A stretch of 60,502 nucleotides of DNA, the filler included, from Sandaracinaceae bacterium (GTDB taxonomy: Bacteria > Myxococcota_A > Polyangia > Polyangiales > JADJQN01), in the NCBI GenBank assembly GCA_947483975.1. It is 7 parts of 7 records of this genome, joined end to end, with 100 filler letters (N's around TTAATTAATTAA, not from the genome) between each part and the next. Parts side by side here need not be neighbours in the genome. Positions count along the whole stretch, not along the records: positions 43,458 to 51,958 come from CANKOL010000233.1; positions 52,059 to 60,502 come from CANKOL010000234.1; 5 more parts are not named here. One strand, 5' to 3'. The notes under the pieces are model-generated. The model saw only the letters and a program-made list of their open reading frames with translations. It had not been told where the DNA came from and did not search any database. Made by a program: the position numbers and the translations under genes. Shown one piece after another: positions 46,442-56,246 of the stretch (position 1 is the first letter of the stretch; each line of letters opens with the position of its first letter).

Positions 46442-47491
46442 GTGACAGCCGAAGCGAGCTCGCCGTGGACGGTGCGGCGCATCGTCGCGTGGATGGCCGC
46501 GGACTTCGCAGCGCGCGGCATCGAGAGCGCGCGGCTCGACGCAGACCTGCTCGTCGGGCACGCGCTCGGGCTCGATCGCGTCGGGGTCTTTCTCGCGCTC
46601 GAGCGTGAGCTCACCGACGACGAACTGACGCGCGTGCGCGCGCTCGTGACGCGGCGCCGCGCGAGCGAGCCCGTCGCGTATCTCGTCGGCAAGAAGGAGT
46701 TCTTCGGGCTGACGTTCGTCGTCTCCCCCGCGGTGCTCGTGCCGCGCCCGGACACCGAGACGCTCGTCGAGCGCGCGCTCGCGCTCTTGCCGACAGATCC
46801 TGCGGCCCACGCGAGGTCGTTGGTGCTCGACCTCTGCACGGGCTCCGGCGCCATCGCCGTCGCGCTCGCGTCGGAGCGGGACGCGCTGCACGTCGACGCG
46901 ACGGATCTTTCGCCCGAAGCCCTCGCCATCGCGCGCGTCAACGTCGACGCGCACTCGCTGTCCGAGCGCGTGCGGCTGTTTGTGGGGGACCTCTTCGCGG
47001 CGCTGCCTGAGCCGCGCAAGTACGCGCTCGTCTGCGCGAACCCGCCGTACATCCCGAAGCGCGACGCGCGCACGCTGCCGCGCGATGTGTTCGCGCACGA
47101 GCCGCACCTCGCGCTCTTCGGCGGCATCGATGGGCTCGAGGTCGTGCGGCGGCTCGTCGCGGAGGCGCCCGCGTGGCTCGCTCCGGGCGGCACGCTGCTG
47201 GTCGAGATCGGCGCTGGGCAAGCCGCTGATGTGCTCGCGCTCGCGCGGGGCGACAGGCGCTACGCCGACGCGCGGATGCACGACGATCTGGGCGGAGTCG
47301 CGCGGGTGCTCGAGGCTCGGACCGCGGGGGGCGCGCGGCGTGAGGCGGTGTCGGAGGAGCGCGTCGTCTTGCGCGACGAGCCCGCGCCCATCGACCACAC
47401 GGCGCTCCTCGGCGAGCGTGTCGTCGTGCTCGACGCCGAGCCGCGTGACGAGCTTCCGGATGACGCCCCGCGGGGCAACGACCGCTCGTGA
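46442..47491 (+). CDS. prmC: Release factor glutamine methyltransferase
   Basis: EPVAYLVGKKEF, VLVPRPDTE, LDLCTGSG, NPPY, EPHLALFGG; short C-terminal extension. Confidence 0.93.
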   Translation: MTAEASSPWTVRRIVAWMAADFAARGIESARLDADLLVGHALGLDRVGVFLALERELTDDELTRVRALVTRRRASEPVAYLVGKKEFFGLTFVVSPAVLVPRPDTETLVERALALLPTDPAAHARSLVLDLCTGSGAIAVALASERDALHVDATDLSPEALAIARVNVDAHSLSERVRLFVGDLFAALPEPRKYALVCANPPYIPKRDARTLPRDVFAHEPHLALFGGIDGLEVVRRLVAEAPAWLAPGGTLLVEIGAGQAADVLALARGDRRYADARMHDDLGGVARVLEARTAGGARREAVSEERVVLRDEPAPIDHTALLGERVVVLDAEPRDELPDDAPRGNDRS

Positions 47492-47540
47492 AATTCATCG
47501 CAGCGGGCGCGCGAGCACCCTGCTAGCATCCGCGCCTGAA

Positions 47541-48428
47541 ATGGACAGCGCGCGCCGCCCAGTCTGGGTCCTCGTGGCCTTTCTCGCGACCTTCTGCCTC
47601 GGCGCGAGCTGCGGGGGCAAGACCGAGCAGGTCACTCCGGGTCACCCGCCTCCCGCCCCCCGTCAGCGCGTCGAGTCGATCCCGGCGGTCGACCTCTCGG
47701 ACCTGACCGCCCCGGAGAAGCGCGTCTTCGCAGACCTGACGAACGACCTGCTCTCGCCGTGCGGCGAGCCTGTCAGCGTCGCGCGCTGCGCCACGGACTC
47801 GGCGAGCCACTGCAATCAGTGCGTGCCCGCAGCGCGTTACCTCGCGCGCCTCGTCACCGATGGCTTCGAGCGCGCCGAGATCGAGGAGCACTTCACCGCG
47901 CGCTACGGCCGCGAGACGAAGTACGAGATCGGCGTCGAGGGGTTGGCGGTTCGCGGCGCGCCGATGGCGCCCATCCTGATCGTCGAGTTCAGCGACTTCG
48001 AGTGCCCCTACTGCGGCGCCGCCGCGCCGATGCTCGAGCGCACGCTCCGCGAGTTCGACGGGCGCGTGAAGCTCGTCTTCAAGCACTACCCGCTCGATCA
48101 GCACCCGCGCGCGATGCCTGCGGCGCGCGCCGCCGTCGCGGCGGGCAAGCAGGGGAAATTCTGGGAATTCCACGACCTGTTGTTTGCCCATCAAGACTCT
48201 CTCGAGGACGAGGACTTCGAGCGCTACGCGGTGCAGCTCGGGCTCGATCTCGAGCGCTTCAAGGCGGACCTCGCCTCGCCCGACACGCAGGCGCGCATCG
48301 ACGCCGACAAGGCCGAGGGGCGCCGCGTGCACGTCGAGGGTACCCCGACGATGTACATCAACGGACGCCGCTTCACCGAGTCGCCGACGCAGCTCTCGAA
48401 CTATCTCCGCGAAGAGCTCGATCGTTGA
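47541..48428 (+). CDS. DsbA-family thioredoxin lipoprotein
   Basis: EFSDFECPYC, GTP cis-Pro motif, ASC lipobox and an extra Cys-containing N-domain. Confidence 0.88.
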   Translation: MDSARRPVWVLVAFLATFCLGASCGGKTEQVTPGHPPPAPRQRVESIPAVDLSDLTAPEKRVFADLTNDLLSPCGEPVSVARCATDSASHCNQCVPAARYLARLVTDGFERAEIEEHFTARYGRETKYEIGVEGLAVRGAPMAPILIVEFSDFECPYCGAAAPMLERTLREFDGRVKLVFKHYPLDQHPRAMPAARAAVAAGKQGKFWEFHDLLFAHQDSLEDEDFERYAVQLGLDLERFKADLASPDTQARIDADKAEGRRVHVEGTPTMYINGRRFTESPTQLSNYLREELDR

Positions 48429-48484
48429 GCGCGTCGCGGCGCCTCGCGGCTGAATCGTCGGGCGCGCGCGCCGTCGAAGAGCCC

Positions 48485-48997
48485 GTGCGCCGCTCCGATC
48501 GTCTGCTCCTGCGTTCGGCGCTCCTGCCGCTCTTCCTGCTGACGCTCGTCGGCACGGCGGCGGCGGTCGACGTAGGCGCGCCCGCCCCGGAGCTCGGGAT
48601 CAACGACCTCCGCGGGCAGCCGCTGCGCCTCGCGTCGCTCCGCGGGAAGGTCGTGCTGCTCGATTTCTGGGCGACTTGGTGCGGCCCGTGTCGGCGGGAG
48701 CTTCCGGTGTTGCAGCGGCTGCATCAGCTATACGCGGCGCAGGGGCTCGCGGTCGTCGCCGTGAGCGTCGACGACGATCTCTCCGATGTGCAGGGCTTCC
48801 TCGCGCGCAGCCCGCTCGGCTTCCGCGTCGCGCACGACCCGCGGCAGGTCGTGCTCGGGCGCTACGGTGGGAGGTCCATGCCTTCGTCGTACCTCATCGA
48901 CCGGCACGGCCTCGTGCGCCGCTTCCATGGCGGCTTCCGCGACGGCGACGCGGCGACGTTCGAGCGTGAAGTGCAGGCGCTGCTGCGCGAGCCCTAG
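48485..48997 (+). CDS. TlpA/ResA-like thiol-disulfide reductase
   Basis: LRGKVVLLDFWATWCGPC, MPSSYLIDR; start uncertain. Confidence 0.88.
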   Translation: MRRSDRLLLRSALLPLFLLTLVGTAAAVDVGAPAPELGINDLRGQPLRLASLRGKVVLLDFWATWCGPCRRELPVLQRLHQLYAAQGLAVVAVSVDDDLSDVQGFLARSPLGFRVAHDPRQVVLGRYGGRSMPSSYLIDRHGLVRRFHGGFRDGDAATFEREVQALLREP

Positions 48998-49056
48998 GCC
49001 AGGCTGCGCGCGACGCCGGGGCTTGCATCGCGCGCGTTCGCGCTGCCACCGACGAC

Positions 49057-50004
49057 CTAGGGGCGCGCCTTCGCGAAGGCGACGAGGCGCGTCGCGAGCG
49101 GCTCCACGATCTCGCTGCCTCGGAGCCCGCTGAGCCACTCCGCCGGGACCGACCGGAGCCCGCCGCGCACGCCCGCGAGCCCGCCCGCGATGGCGGCGGT
49201 CGTGTCGGTGTCGTCCCCGAGGCGGACGGCGGCGACGACGACGCTGCGGTAGTCCGAGTGCGCTTCGAGGACCATGCGCGCGCTCTGAAACGAGTCGACG
49301 ACGTAGCCGCTGCCGCGCCCCTCGGGGGCTTCCTCGGGGCGGAGGTGATACTCGAGCGCGACGTCCTCGGCGCTGTCCGCTTCGACGTTCGCGCGCAGCG
49401 TCGCGACCGCCGACGTGAACGCGTCGGGGACGCCGTCGAGCAGTCGCCGGGCCCACAGGCAATAGAGCGCGCAGCAGACCCGGGCGCGCGCGTGACCGTG
49501 CGTCGGGCGTGAGCTGCGGTAGGCGGCGTCGATCAGCGCCGCGTCGTCGCCACGGAACGCGAGCGCGAGGGGCAGCACGCGCATCAGCGAGCCGTTGCCG
49601 TTTTGCCGCTCACCCGACGGGCCCGCCTCGAGCGGCGGCGCGCCAGCGCGCAGCGCCTCGATCGCGAAGCTCGTCTGCACGCCGACGTCGAAGACCAGCC
49701 GATCGACCGCGCAGTAGCCGGCGTCGTGCCAGTTGACGAGCCTCCGCGCGAAGTCGACGTCGTCGAGCGCGCCGTCGTGATCGAGCAGCGAGGCGAGCAG
49801 CGCGAGCGCCTGCGCGCCGTCGTCCGACCAGGTGCCGGGCGGGACCCCCTCGTGCGCGCGGCGGAACGTCGCCGGCGGCCGAAGCTCGATCACCGCGGGC
49901 AGATCCTCGGCATCGTGAAACTCGTAAGGAACGCCGAGCGCGTCCCCGACGAGCAGCCCGTACAGCCCACCCAGCAAGCGCTCTTCCCGCGTCGGCACCA
50001 CCAT
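49057..50004 (-). CDS. ADP-ribosylglycohydrolase (DraG family)
   Basis: GDALG, WSDD, GNGSLMR, GDDTDTTAAIAG motifs. Confidence 0.92.
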   Translation of the reverse strand: MVVPTREERLLGGLYGLLVGDALGVPYEFHDAEDLPAVIELRPPATFRRAHEGVPPGTWSDDGAQALALLASLLDHDGALDDVDFARRLVNWHDAGYCAVDRLVFDVGVQTSFAIEALRAGAPPLEAGPSGERQNGNGSLMRVLPLALAFRGDDAALIDAAYRSSRPTHGHARARVCCALYCLWARRLLDGVPDAFTSAVATLRANVEADSAEDVALEYHLRPEEAPEGRGSGYVVDSFQSARMVLEAHSDYRSVVVAAVRLGDDTDTTAAIAGGLAGVRGGLRSVPAEWLSGLRGSEIVEPLATRLVAFAKARP

Positions 50005-50040
50005 GGGTGCAGGATAACACCCCGCGCCCCCGGGGCCGAT

Positions 50041-50721
50041 TTACTCGTCGTTGCGCCGCTTGCGCTCGGCGCGCCGCGTGCGCGCGTCGCGCGCGCGCTG
50101 GACCATCGTGCGCATCGCGCGTCGGAGATCGTCGCGCACGGCCATCGGCTCGCCGTTCCCGACGAGCGCGTCGGCGACCGCCTCGAGCGTCGAGACGTGC
50201 TCGCGGCGCGGCTCCTGTCGCAGCTTGCCGTAGATGCCGGCTTCGGTCGGCCGCAGCACGACGCGCGGGAGCTTCAGCAGCCAGGGGTTGCGCCACCAGA
50301 GCGTCTTGCCTTGGCTCCAGGTGCCGTCGAGCGCGAGGATCCCCTCGAGCGGCGGCGCGCCGGCGGGCCGCGGATCGCCGTTCCGGTCGAGCACCAGGAA
50401 GGGCCGCGACGCGTGGGCCTCGGGCACCGGCTTCTTGAGCGACATCGGGTAGAGCACGCCCCAGCGCGCGACGTCGGCGGGCTCCTCGAGCGCGGCCGCG
50501 AGGGACGGCCACGACAGCCCGACCCGCACGGTGACGCGGTTCGGCAGCGACGCGAGCAGCAGAGGCACGGTGCCGAGCGCGACGTCCGGCTCCTGCGGGT
50601 GCTGCAGCACGAGCACGCGCGTCGTCACGTCCTCGTGCACGACGACGCGGTCGCACACGCAATAGGCGGGGGCCTTGCCGCACCGCGCGCACGCGTCCGG
50701 ATGAGCGCCGGTGAAGCTCAA
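50041..50721 (-). CDS. DTW-domain tRNA-uridine aminocarboxypropyltransferase
   Basis: CxxC…CVC, VLQHPQE, LDGTW, STLEA; TTG start overlaps the upstream TGA. Confidence 0.85.
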   Translation of the reverse strand: MSFTGAHPDACARCGKAPAYCVCDRVVVHEDVTTRVLVLQHPQEPDVALGTVPLLLASLPNRVTVRVGLSWPSLAAALEEPADVARWGVLYPMSLKKPVPEAHASRPFLVLDRNGDPRPAGAPPLEGILALDGTWSQGKTLWWRNPWLLKLPRVVLRPTEAGIYGKLRQEPRREHVSTLEAVADALVGNGEPMAVRDDLRRAMRTMVQRARDARTRRAERKRRNDE

Positions 50722-51958
50722 CGGCGTGGCTTCGCGACGGTCATGCCGGCGGGCGGGCGCTTGTCCGCGGTGCGCTGCGCGTAGAGGAACTCGGCGAGCT
50801 GCTTCGCGACGTAGGTGACGATGTTGCCGTCCGCGCCGCTGAACTGCGGCTGTCCGCTGCGGTTGAGCAGCTGCACCAAGCCGAGGAGCCGTCCCTCGTG
50901 CAGAATCGCGTGCAACAGCATCGTGCTCGCCTCCACGCCGACACGCCCATCGACGCCCGGATCGAAGCGGCGGTCGTTCGGCACATCGTCGACGAGCATG
51001 GGCCCGCTCAGCTTGGTCGCGGCGGCGAAGAGCCCGGCGCTCGCGGGGACCGCCTCGCCCTTGCGCTCGTCGGCTCCGGGACCACTCAGCGCGACGAGGC
51101 GGAGCTCGTCGGTGTTGATGTCGTAGAGCGCGCCGGTGATCGCCTCGCACGGGACGACCTCGCCGAGCAGCCGCACGGCGAACTCGAGGCCATCCCCCGC
51201 TGAAGCGAGGAACGGCAGATCCTGGCAAGCCTCGAAAGCGTGCGCGAGCCGGTCATCTGTGGACTCCGCGGTCGTCACGCGCTTGCGCTGCGGGATGGGC
51301 GCTGCCTGCGGCACCTGCACCGCGGCGGGGGCGGGCACCGGGGCCGGTGCGGGCTGTGAGGGGGCGGCCGTCACCGCGACGGGCTGCGGAGAAAGCGCGG
51401 GAGCCGGCTGGGACGGGGGGCCGGCTGGCGTGGAGGGCTGGGATGCCGACGCCGCCTGCGACGGCTCGACGGCGACGGGCTGCGCTCCGCTCGGGCGCGC
51501 GGCGCGGTCGCGGGCGGGGAAGGCCAGCTCAGGCTCTCCGCGCCAGTCCTTCCACTGCAACGTCGCGAGCGGTGCGCGGAGCGGGCGATCCGTCCAGGCG
51601 TGATCGAAGACCGCGAGGTTGATGAACTTGCCCGCGGGGCGCTCGGCAAGCTGCTGCCGCAGCGAGTGCAGCTCGCCGAGGAGGGCTTGCGCAGCGGCTT
51701 CCTCAGGCGTGCGTGGCGGCACGACCCAGGTGCGCTCGCGGTAGACCAGCGGGCTTTCGGCGCTCGGCTCGGAGTCGCGCTGCGACAGGAGGTGCGCGGC
51801 GAGCGGTGGGGCCGCGGGCGGGACGGACGCCGGGGCCGGAATCGAGGCGGGGGCTGGCGACGGACTGGAGGTGGCTGCCGCTGCGGCGACCGGGACCGGG
51901 GCTGCCACGGGGACTGGGGCGGCGATGGGGGCCGGGGCCGCTGCGGGGACCGCGGCTG
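50718..51958 (-). CDS. Pro/Ala-rich protein with C-terminal GAF domain (5' truncated)
   Basis: VDDVPNDRRFDPGVD…LLGLVQLLNR…FSGAD GAF signature, preceded by an unknown domain (LVYRER…WKDWR). Confidence 0.75.
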
Positions 51959-52058
51959 NNNNNNNNNNNNNNNNNNNNNNNNNNNNNNNNNNNNNNNNNN
52001 NNTTAATTAATTAANNNNNNNNNNNNNNNNNNNNNNNNNNNNNNNNNNNNNNNNNNNN
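51959..52058. other. Artificial contig-join spacer
   Basis: N-run with TTAATTAATTAA. Confidence 0.98.
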
Positions 52059-53380
52059 ATCAGGCGCCGCCGCCCGCAACGCGCCCGACGGCGCCGCCAG
52101 CCGCGCGCCCGCCGGACATCCTGCTGTTCACGATCGACACGCTGCGCGCGGACCACGCCTCGACGTACGGCTACGCGCGTGAGACGACGCCGACGCTGAC
52201 GCAGCTCGCGGGGCGCGGGGCGCGCTTCGAGCACGCCTATGCGACCGCGACGTGGACGACGCCGAGCCTCGCGTCGGTGTTCACGGGCGTGCTGCCGAGC
52301 GAGCACGGCGTCACGCGCGAGCAGGAGGCGCCCGACGGGAGCGGCCTGCAGACCGTGCTGCCGGCGGAGCTTCCGTCGCTCACCGAGAGCCTGCAGCGGG
52401 CCGGCTATCACACGCTCGGCGTGACCATGAACACCTTCCTCGTCGCGGGGCTCGGCTTCGAGCGCGGCTTCGATGAGTACGTGCCGGTCGCGCTCGGCAC
52501 GCTCGCCGACTTGCGCGCCGCGCTCGCGCCGCGCCTCGCGGGGCTGCGGGCGTCGGGGCAGCCGTTCTTCCTGTGGGTGCACGTGCTCGACGCGCACGCG
52601 CCCTATCACGCGCGTCCCCCGGCGTTCGACGCGTTCTGGCCGGCGCCGAGGCCGCGCTTCCCGGAGCTGCAGGACGTGATGCAGCCGGAGCTCTTCGATC
52701 AGCTGCTCGCGAACGACCCGGGCGGGGAGCGCAAGGGCTACGTCGTCGCCGCGTACGACTCCGAGATCCAGGCGTGCGACGCGTACCTCGCGGAGCTGCT
52801 CGCCGCGCTCGCCCCGCGGCCGCTCGCGGTGCTCGTCGCCGGGGATCACGGCGAGGAATTCGCCGACCACGGGCGCTACGGGCACGGGCACACGATGTTC
52901 GAGGAGTCGCTGCGCGTGCCGCTCGTCGTCGCGCTGCCGGGCGCGTCCGCGGGGCGCGTCGAGGCGACGCCCGTCTCCTTGGTCGACGTCTTGCCGACGC
53001 TCGTCGAGGTCGGCGGCGCACCGCTGCCGGCGGGGCTCGCGGGGCGCTCGCTGCTGCCCGCGCTGCGCGGCGAGGCCCTCGCTGAGCGGCCGGTGTTCGC
53101 GGAGATCGAGTGGATCGAGGCGGCGTCCGCGGTGATCTCTGGGGACGAGAAGTACGCCGAGAGCGCGGGCGTCGAGAGCGCGCCGGCGCTGTACGACCTG
53201 CGCCGCGATCCGGCCGAGCAGCACAACCTCGCCGCGACGCAGCCAGCGCGCTCCGCCGAGCTTCGGCGCCTGCTACGCACGACGCTCGCCGCTGCGCGCG
53301 CGCGCCAGCCGCTGCTCTCCGCGAGGCCGTTCGAGCCGCCGGACCTCGAGAAGCTGCGCGCGCTCGGCTACGTGCACTGA
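52059..53380 (+). CDS. Sulfatase-like hydrolase/transferase (5' truncated)
   Basis: PDILLFTIDTLRADH, WTTPSL, DAHAPY, GDHGEEF, LYDLRRDPAEQHN, LRALGY motifs. Confidence 0.88.
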
Positions 53381-53406
53381 GGCGCGCCGCGAGCCGCTCG
53401 CCGAGC

Positions 53407-53844
53407 TCAAGGCTGGGGCGCGCGGACGGCTCTCCCGGTGACCGTCTCGATCCAGATGCGGAAGGTCACCGTCGGGCGCGCCTCCGCCTTCGGCTCGGCC
53501 TTCGCGTCCGAGGTCGCGCGCGTGCGCGCGCCAAACCGCCGCCCGAACGCCGCGCGGGCGAGCGCCGCGCCCGCCTCGTCGAGCTCCTCGTAGCGCCCCT
53601 GCACGAGCACGCTCCGCCAGCTCCGGGTCGCCGGGTCGTGCTCGTCGAGCTCGAAGCAAACGGCCGGGTTCCGGCGGGCGAACTGCGTCTTCTGCCCTTC
53701 GTTCGCGAAGATGTAGAGCGCGTCCCCGTCGCGCGCGTAGATCAGCGGCACCACGTAGGTGACGCCCGCGTCGTGGCAGCCCATCCGGCCAAAGATCTGC
53801 TGATCGAGAAAGCCATCGATCTCCGCGCGCGTCAGCTCTTCCAT
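53407..53844 (-). CDS. Pyridoxamine 5'-phosphate oxidase-like FMN-binding protein
   Basis: GRMGC…YVVPLIY…EGQK…RNPAVCFELD…WRSVLVQG…VTGR. Confidence 0.85.
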   Translation of the reverse strand: MEELTRAEIDGFLDQQIFGRMGCHDAGVTYVVPLIYARDGDALYIFANEGQKTQFARRNPAVCFELDEHDPATRSWRSVLVQGRYEELDEAGAALARAAFGRRFGARTRATSDAKAEPKAEARPTVTFRIWIETVTGRAVRAPQP

Positions 53845-54010
53845 GGGCGGAGCCTGCACCTTCGCCGCGCGGTTTTCATCCGAGAAGGCGCGCGCCGTCG
53901 CGAGCCGCCGCCTGTCGCGCGACACCATTGTCGCAGTTCCGCTCGCCGCGCTGCTCTGTGTTGTGTGTTTTGCGCTGCGTTCAGGGCCATTTGCTCGACG
54001 CCGCGCGGTT

Positions 54011-54026
54011 GGGCACGCGGCGTGCA
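54011..54026 (+). promoter_or_regulatory. Candidate sigma54 (-24/-12) promoter
   Basis: GGGCACG-CGGCG-TGCA gives GG-N10-GC, close to consensus TGGCACG-N4-TTGC, about 100 nt upstream of ATG 54124. Confidence 0.5.
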
Positions 54027-54123
54027 CCTGTTCGTCACCGTAACTCGCCACCTCGGCACGGCTCTGACATACTCGCGGCTCGTGGAGAGGCGCCGGGCGC
54101 CCCGCTCGACGGAGGAAAAGACG

Positions 54124-54957
54124 ATGAACGAGCTTCGCATGATCCTGGTGGCCGCACTCTGCGGCGTGCTCTTCACCGCTTGCGGTGACGATGATGTTCG
54201 GACGCCCACGGACGCGGGCGCGCGCGACTTCGGCATGCGCGACATGAACATCGTGCTGATGGACTCCGGCCCCGTGGACCTCGGTCCCGGCGTCGACCTC
54301 GGACCCGGCGCGGACATGGGCCCGACGGGGATGTGTCCCTCGGGCGAGTGCGACCTCGTCGCCAACGGCTGCCCCGCCGGCCAGGGCTGCTACTTCCTCT
54401 CGTCGGCGATGGGCACGCCCCCCGCGCCGCTCTGCCAGCCGAGCGGCATCGGCATCACCGGCGGCTCGTGCATGACCTACACCGACTGCGCCCCCGGCTT
54501 CATCTGTCAGGGCGCGACTGCCTCGACGCCCGGCGCCTGCGAGAAGTACTGCTGTGACCTCGGCTCGTCGGCGAACTGCCCCGCGGGCGCGATGTGCAGC
54601 GTCGTGCTCACGGACACCGCCGGTAACCCGACGGGCGCGGCGCTCTGCCGCTCGGCCGCCAACTGCGGCATCTTCGGCACCGACTGCGCCGCAGGGCAGG
54701 GCTGCTACCTCTCGGGCGGCGACGGCACCACCGACTGCGCGATGGCGGGCACGCTCACGACGGGCGCGACGTGCATGTTCACGAACGACTGCGCGGCGGG
54801 CTACAGCTGCCTCGGCCCAGGGGGGGGCACCTCGACCTGCCGCAAGCTCTGCGACACCGTCGACATGGACCCGGCGTGCACGGGCGCCGGCGAGACCTGC
54901 GTCTCGCTCGGCATCCCGGCGCCGCTCTCCAACGTCGGCGCTTGCACCGCTCCCTGA
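54124..54957 (+). CDS. Cys-rich lipoprotein with an internal duplication
   Basis: GGAGG SD, FTAC-GDDD, DxG linker and two C…GQGCY…C…DC..G..C modules. Confidence 0.82.
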   Translation: MNELRMILVAALCGVLFTACGDDDVRTPTDAGARDFGMRDMNIVLMDSGPVDLGPGVDLGPGADMGPTGMCPSGECDLVANGCPAGQGCYFLSSAMGTPPAPLCQPSGIGITGGSCMTYTDCAPGFICQGATASTPGACEKYCCDLGSSANCPAGAMCSVVLTDTAGNPTGAALCRSAANCGIFGTDCAAGQGCYLSGGDGTTDCAMAGTLTTGATCMFTNDCAAGYSCLGPGGGTSTCRKLCDTVDMDPACTGAGETCVSLGIPAPLSNVGACTAP

Positions 54958-55010
54958 GCGCGTCGCCTCGGCAGTAACCCCACGCGCGCTCGCGCGTACG
55001 ACGGAGTGAA

Positions 55011-55898
55011 GTGAACTCAGCAGTCCAACTCAGGCGCGCGCAGCTTCGTGCTGCGCGGTCGCCCGCGGGAAACGTCCGCGCGCTGTTCGCGGGAAACGCC
55101 CGCGCGCTGCTCGGCGTCGCGCTCGCGCTCGCCGTCGCCGCGTGTGGCGACAGTGCTTCCCGCTCGGTGCCGGACGAGGGGCTCGACGCCAGCGCGCTCG
55201 ACGGTGGCATCGTCTACCTCGACGCGGCGCTCGATCTCAGCGCGCCCACCGACGCCGGCGTGCCGGGGACGGACGCTGGCGCGTTGGCCTGCGTGACGAG
55301 CCTCTGCGATCCGCGGCTCGCGCGGCCGTGCGGGGTGGAGCTGACGAACGGCTGTCGGCTCGGCGCCGATGGACCGGTCTGCGAGGGCGTGCTCGGCACT
55401 GCGCTCGCGGGCGGCGACTGCGCGACGCCGGACGACTGCGCGGCGGGGCTCGACTGTTTCGCCGCGCTCGGCGGAGCCGGGACGTGCGGGCTGCCGTGTT
55501 GTCCGGGCGACGACGCGAGCTGCGGGCTCGGCGGTCGCTGCGCCTCGCGGCCGGTGCTGGTCGGCGGCGCGGTGACGAGCTGGGGACGCTGCGTCACGAC
55601 GCGCGCGTGCGAGGTGCTGCGCCAAGACCTCGTCTGCGACCCTGGCGAGGGCTGCTACATCGTCTCGAGCCGTGGCGACACCGACTGCCGCGCGGCGGGC
55701 ACGCTCGACGTCGGCGCGAGCTGCGACGGCGAGGGCGCGTGCCTGCCCGGGCTGTTCTGCGCCGGGCTGATGGCCCGCACCTGCGTGCGCATCTGCGCGC
55801 TCGGGGATGGCGGCGCGGGAGTCTGCCCCGCAGGCGAGGGCAGCTGCCGCGCCTATCCGTACTCGCCCGCGGGCACCGGCATCTGCAGCACGCCGTAG
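55011..55898 (+). CDS. Cys-rich lipoprotein, paralogue of the preceding gene (start uncertain)
   Basis: VAAC-GD, DAG linker and the same Cys spacing (GEGCY…DC..AG.L..GA.C…C..G..C). Confidence 0.75.
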   Translation: MNSAVQLRRAQLRAARSPAGNVRALFAGNARALLGVALALAVAACGDSASRSVPDEGLDASALDGGIVYLDAALDLSAPTDAGVPGTDAGALACVTSLCDPRLARPCGVELTNGCRLGADGPVCEGVLGTALAGGDCATPDDCAAGLDCFAALGGAGTCGLPCCPGDDASCGLGGRCASRPVLVGGAVTSWGRCVTTRACEVLRQDLVCDPGEGCYIVSSRGDTDCRAAGTLDVGASCDGEGACLPGLFCAGLMARTCVRICALGDGGAGVCPAGEGSCRAYPYSPAGTGICSTP

Positions 55899-55928
55899 CT
55901 CGCCACGCCGTAGCTCGCCGCGCCGTGG
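55889..55928 (+). repeat. 15-bp tandem repeat x2 plus partial (CACGCCGTAGCTCGC)
   Basis: Exact copies at 55889-55903 and 55904-55918, with a degenerate third. The first copy contains the TAG stop at 55896-55898. Confidence 0.85.
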
Positions 55929-55943
55929 TAGAACGCTCGGGCC

Positions 55944-56234
55944 ATGCTGGCCCACGCGGCGTCCTGCCGGAATCACCCGGAGCGCGAGGCGCTCGGCATT
56001 TGCATCGAGTGCCGCACGCGCGTCTGCGCCGAGTGCGTCACCAAGGTGGAGGGCATCAACTACTGCGTGGCTTGCCTCGGCAAGCTCGCGATCGCCGGCG
56101 AGCGACACGACGCGACGGTCGCCGCACCGTCGCCGCCGTGGCTCGCGTGGGTGTCCGCGAGCGCGTGGTTTCTGCTGGCGGCGCTGCTCGCGTGGGGGCT
56201 CGTCGAGGTCGCGATGCCGGGCTCCGGCTGGTGA
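55944..56234 (+). CDS. Small B-box-like zinc-finger membrane protein
   Basis: CRNHP…CIEC…CAEC…YCVAC followed by one TM helix. Confidence 0.75.
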   Translation: MLAHAASCRNHPEREALGICIECRTRVCAECVTKVEGINYCVACLGKLAIAGERHDATVAAPSPPWLAWVSASAWFLLAALLAWGLVEVAMPGSGW

Positions 56235-56246
56235 CGCGGGAGCCGC

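Noticed and set aside
49057..50004. ADP-ribosylation toxin-antitoxin module
   Set aside because: No ADP-ribosyltransferase is adjacent; stand-alone DraG-family hydrolases are common.
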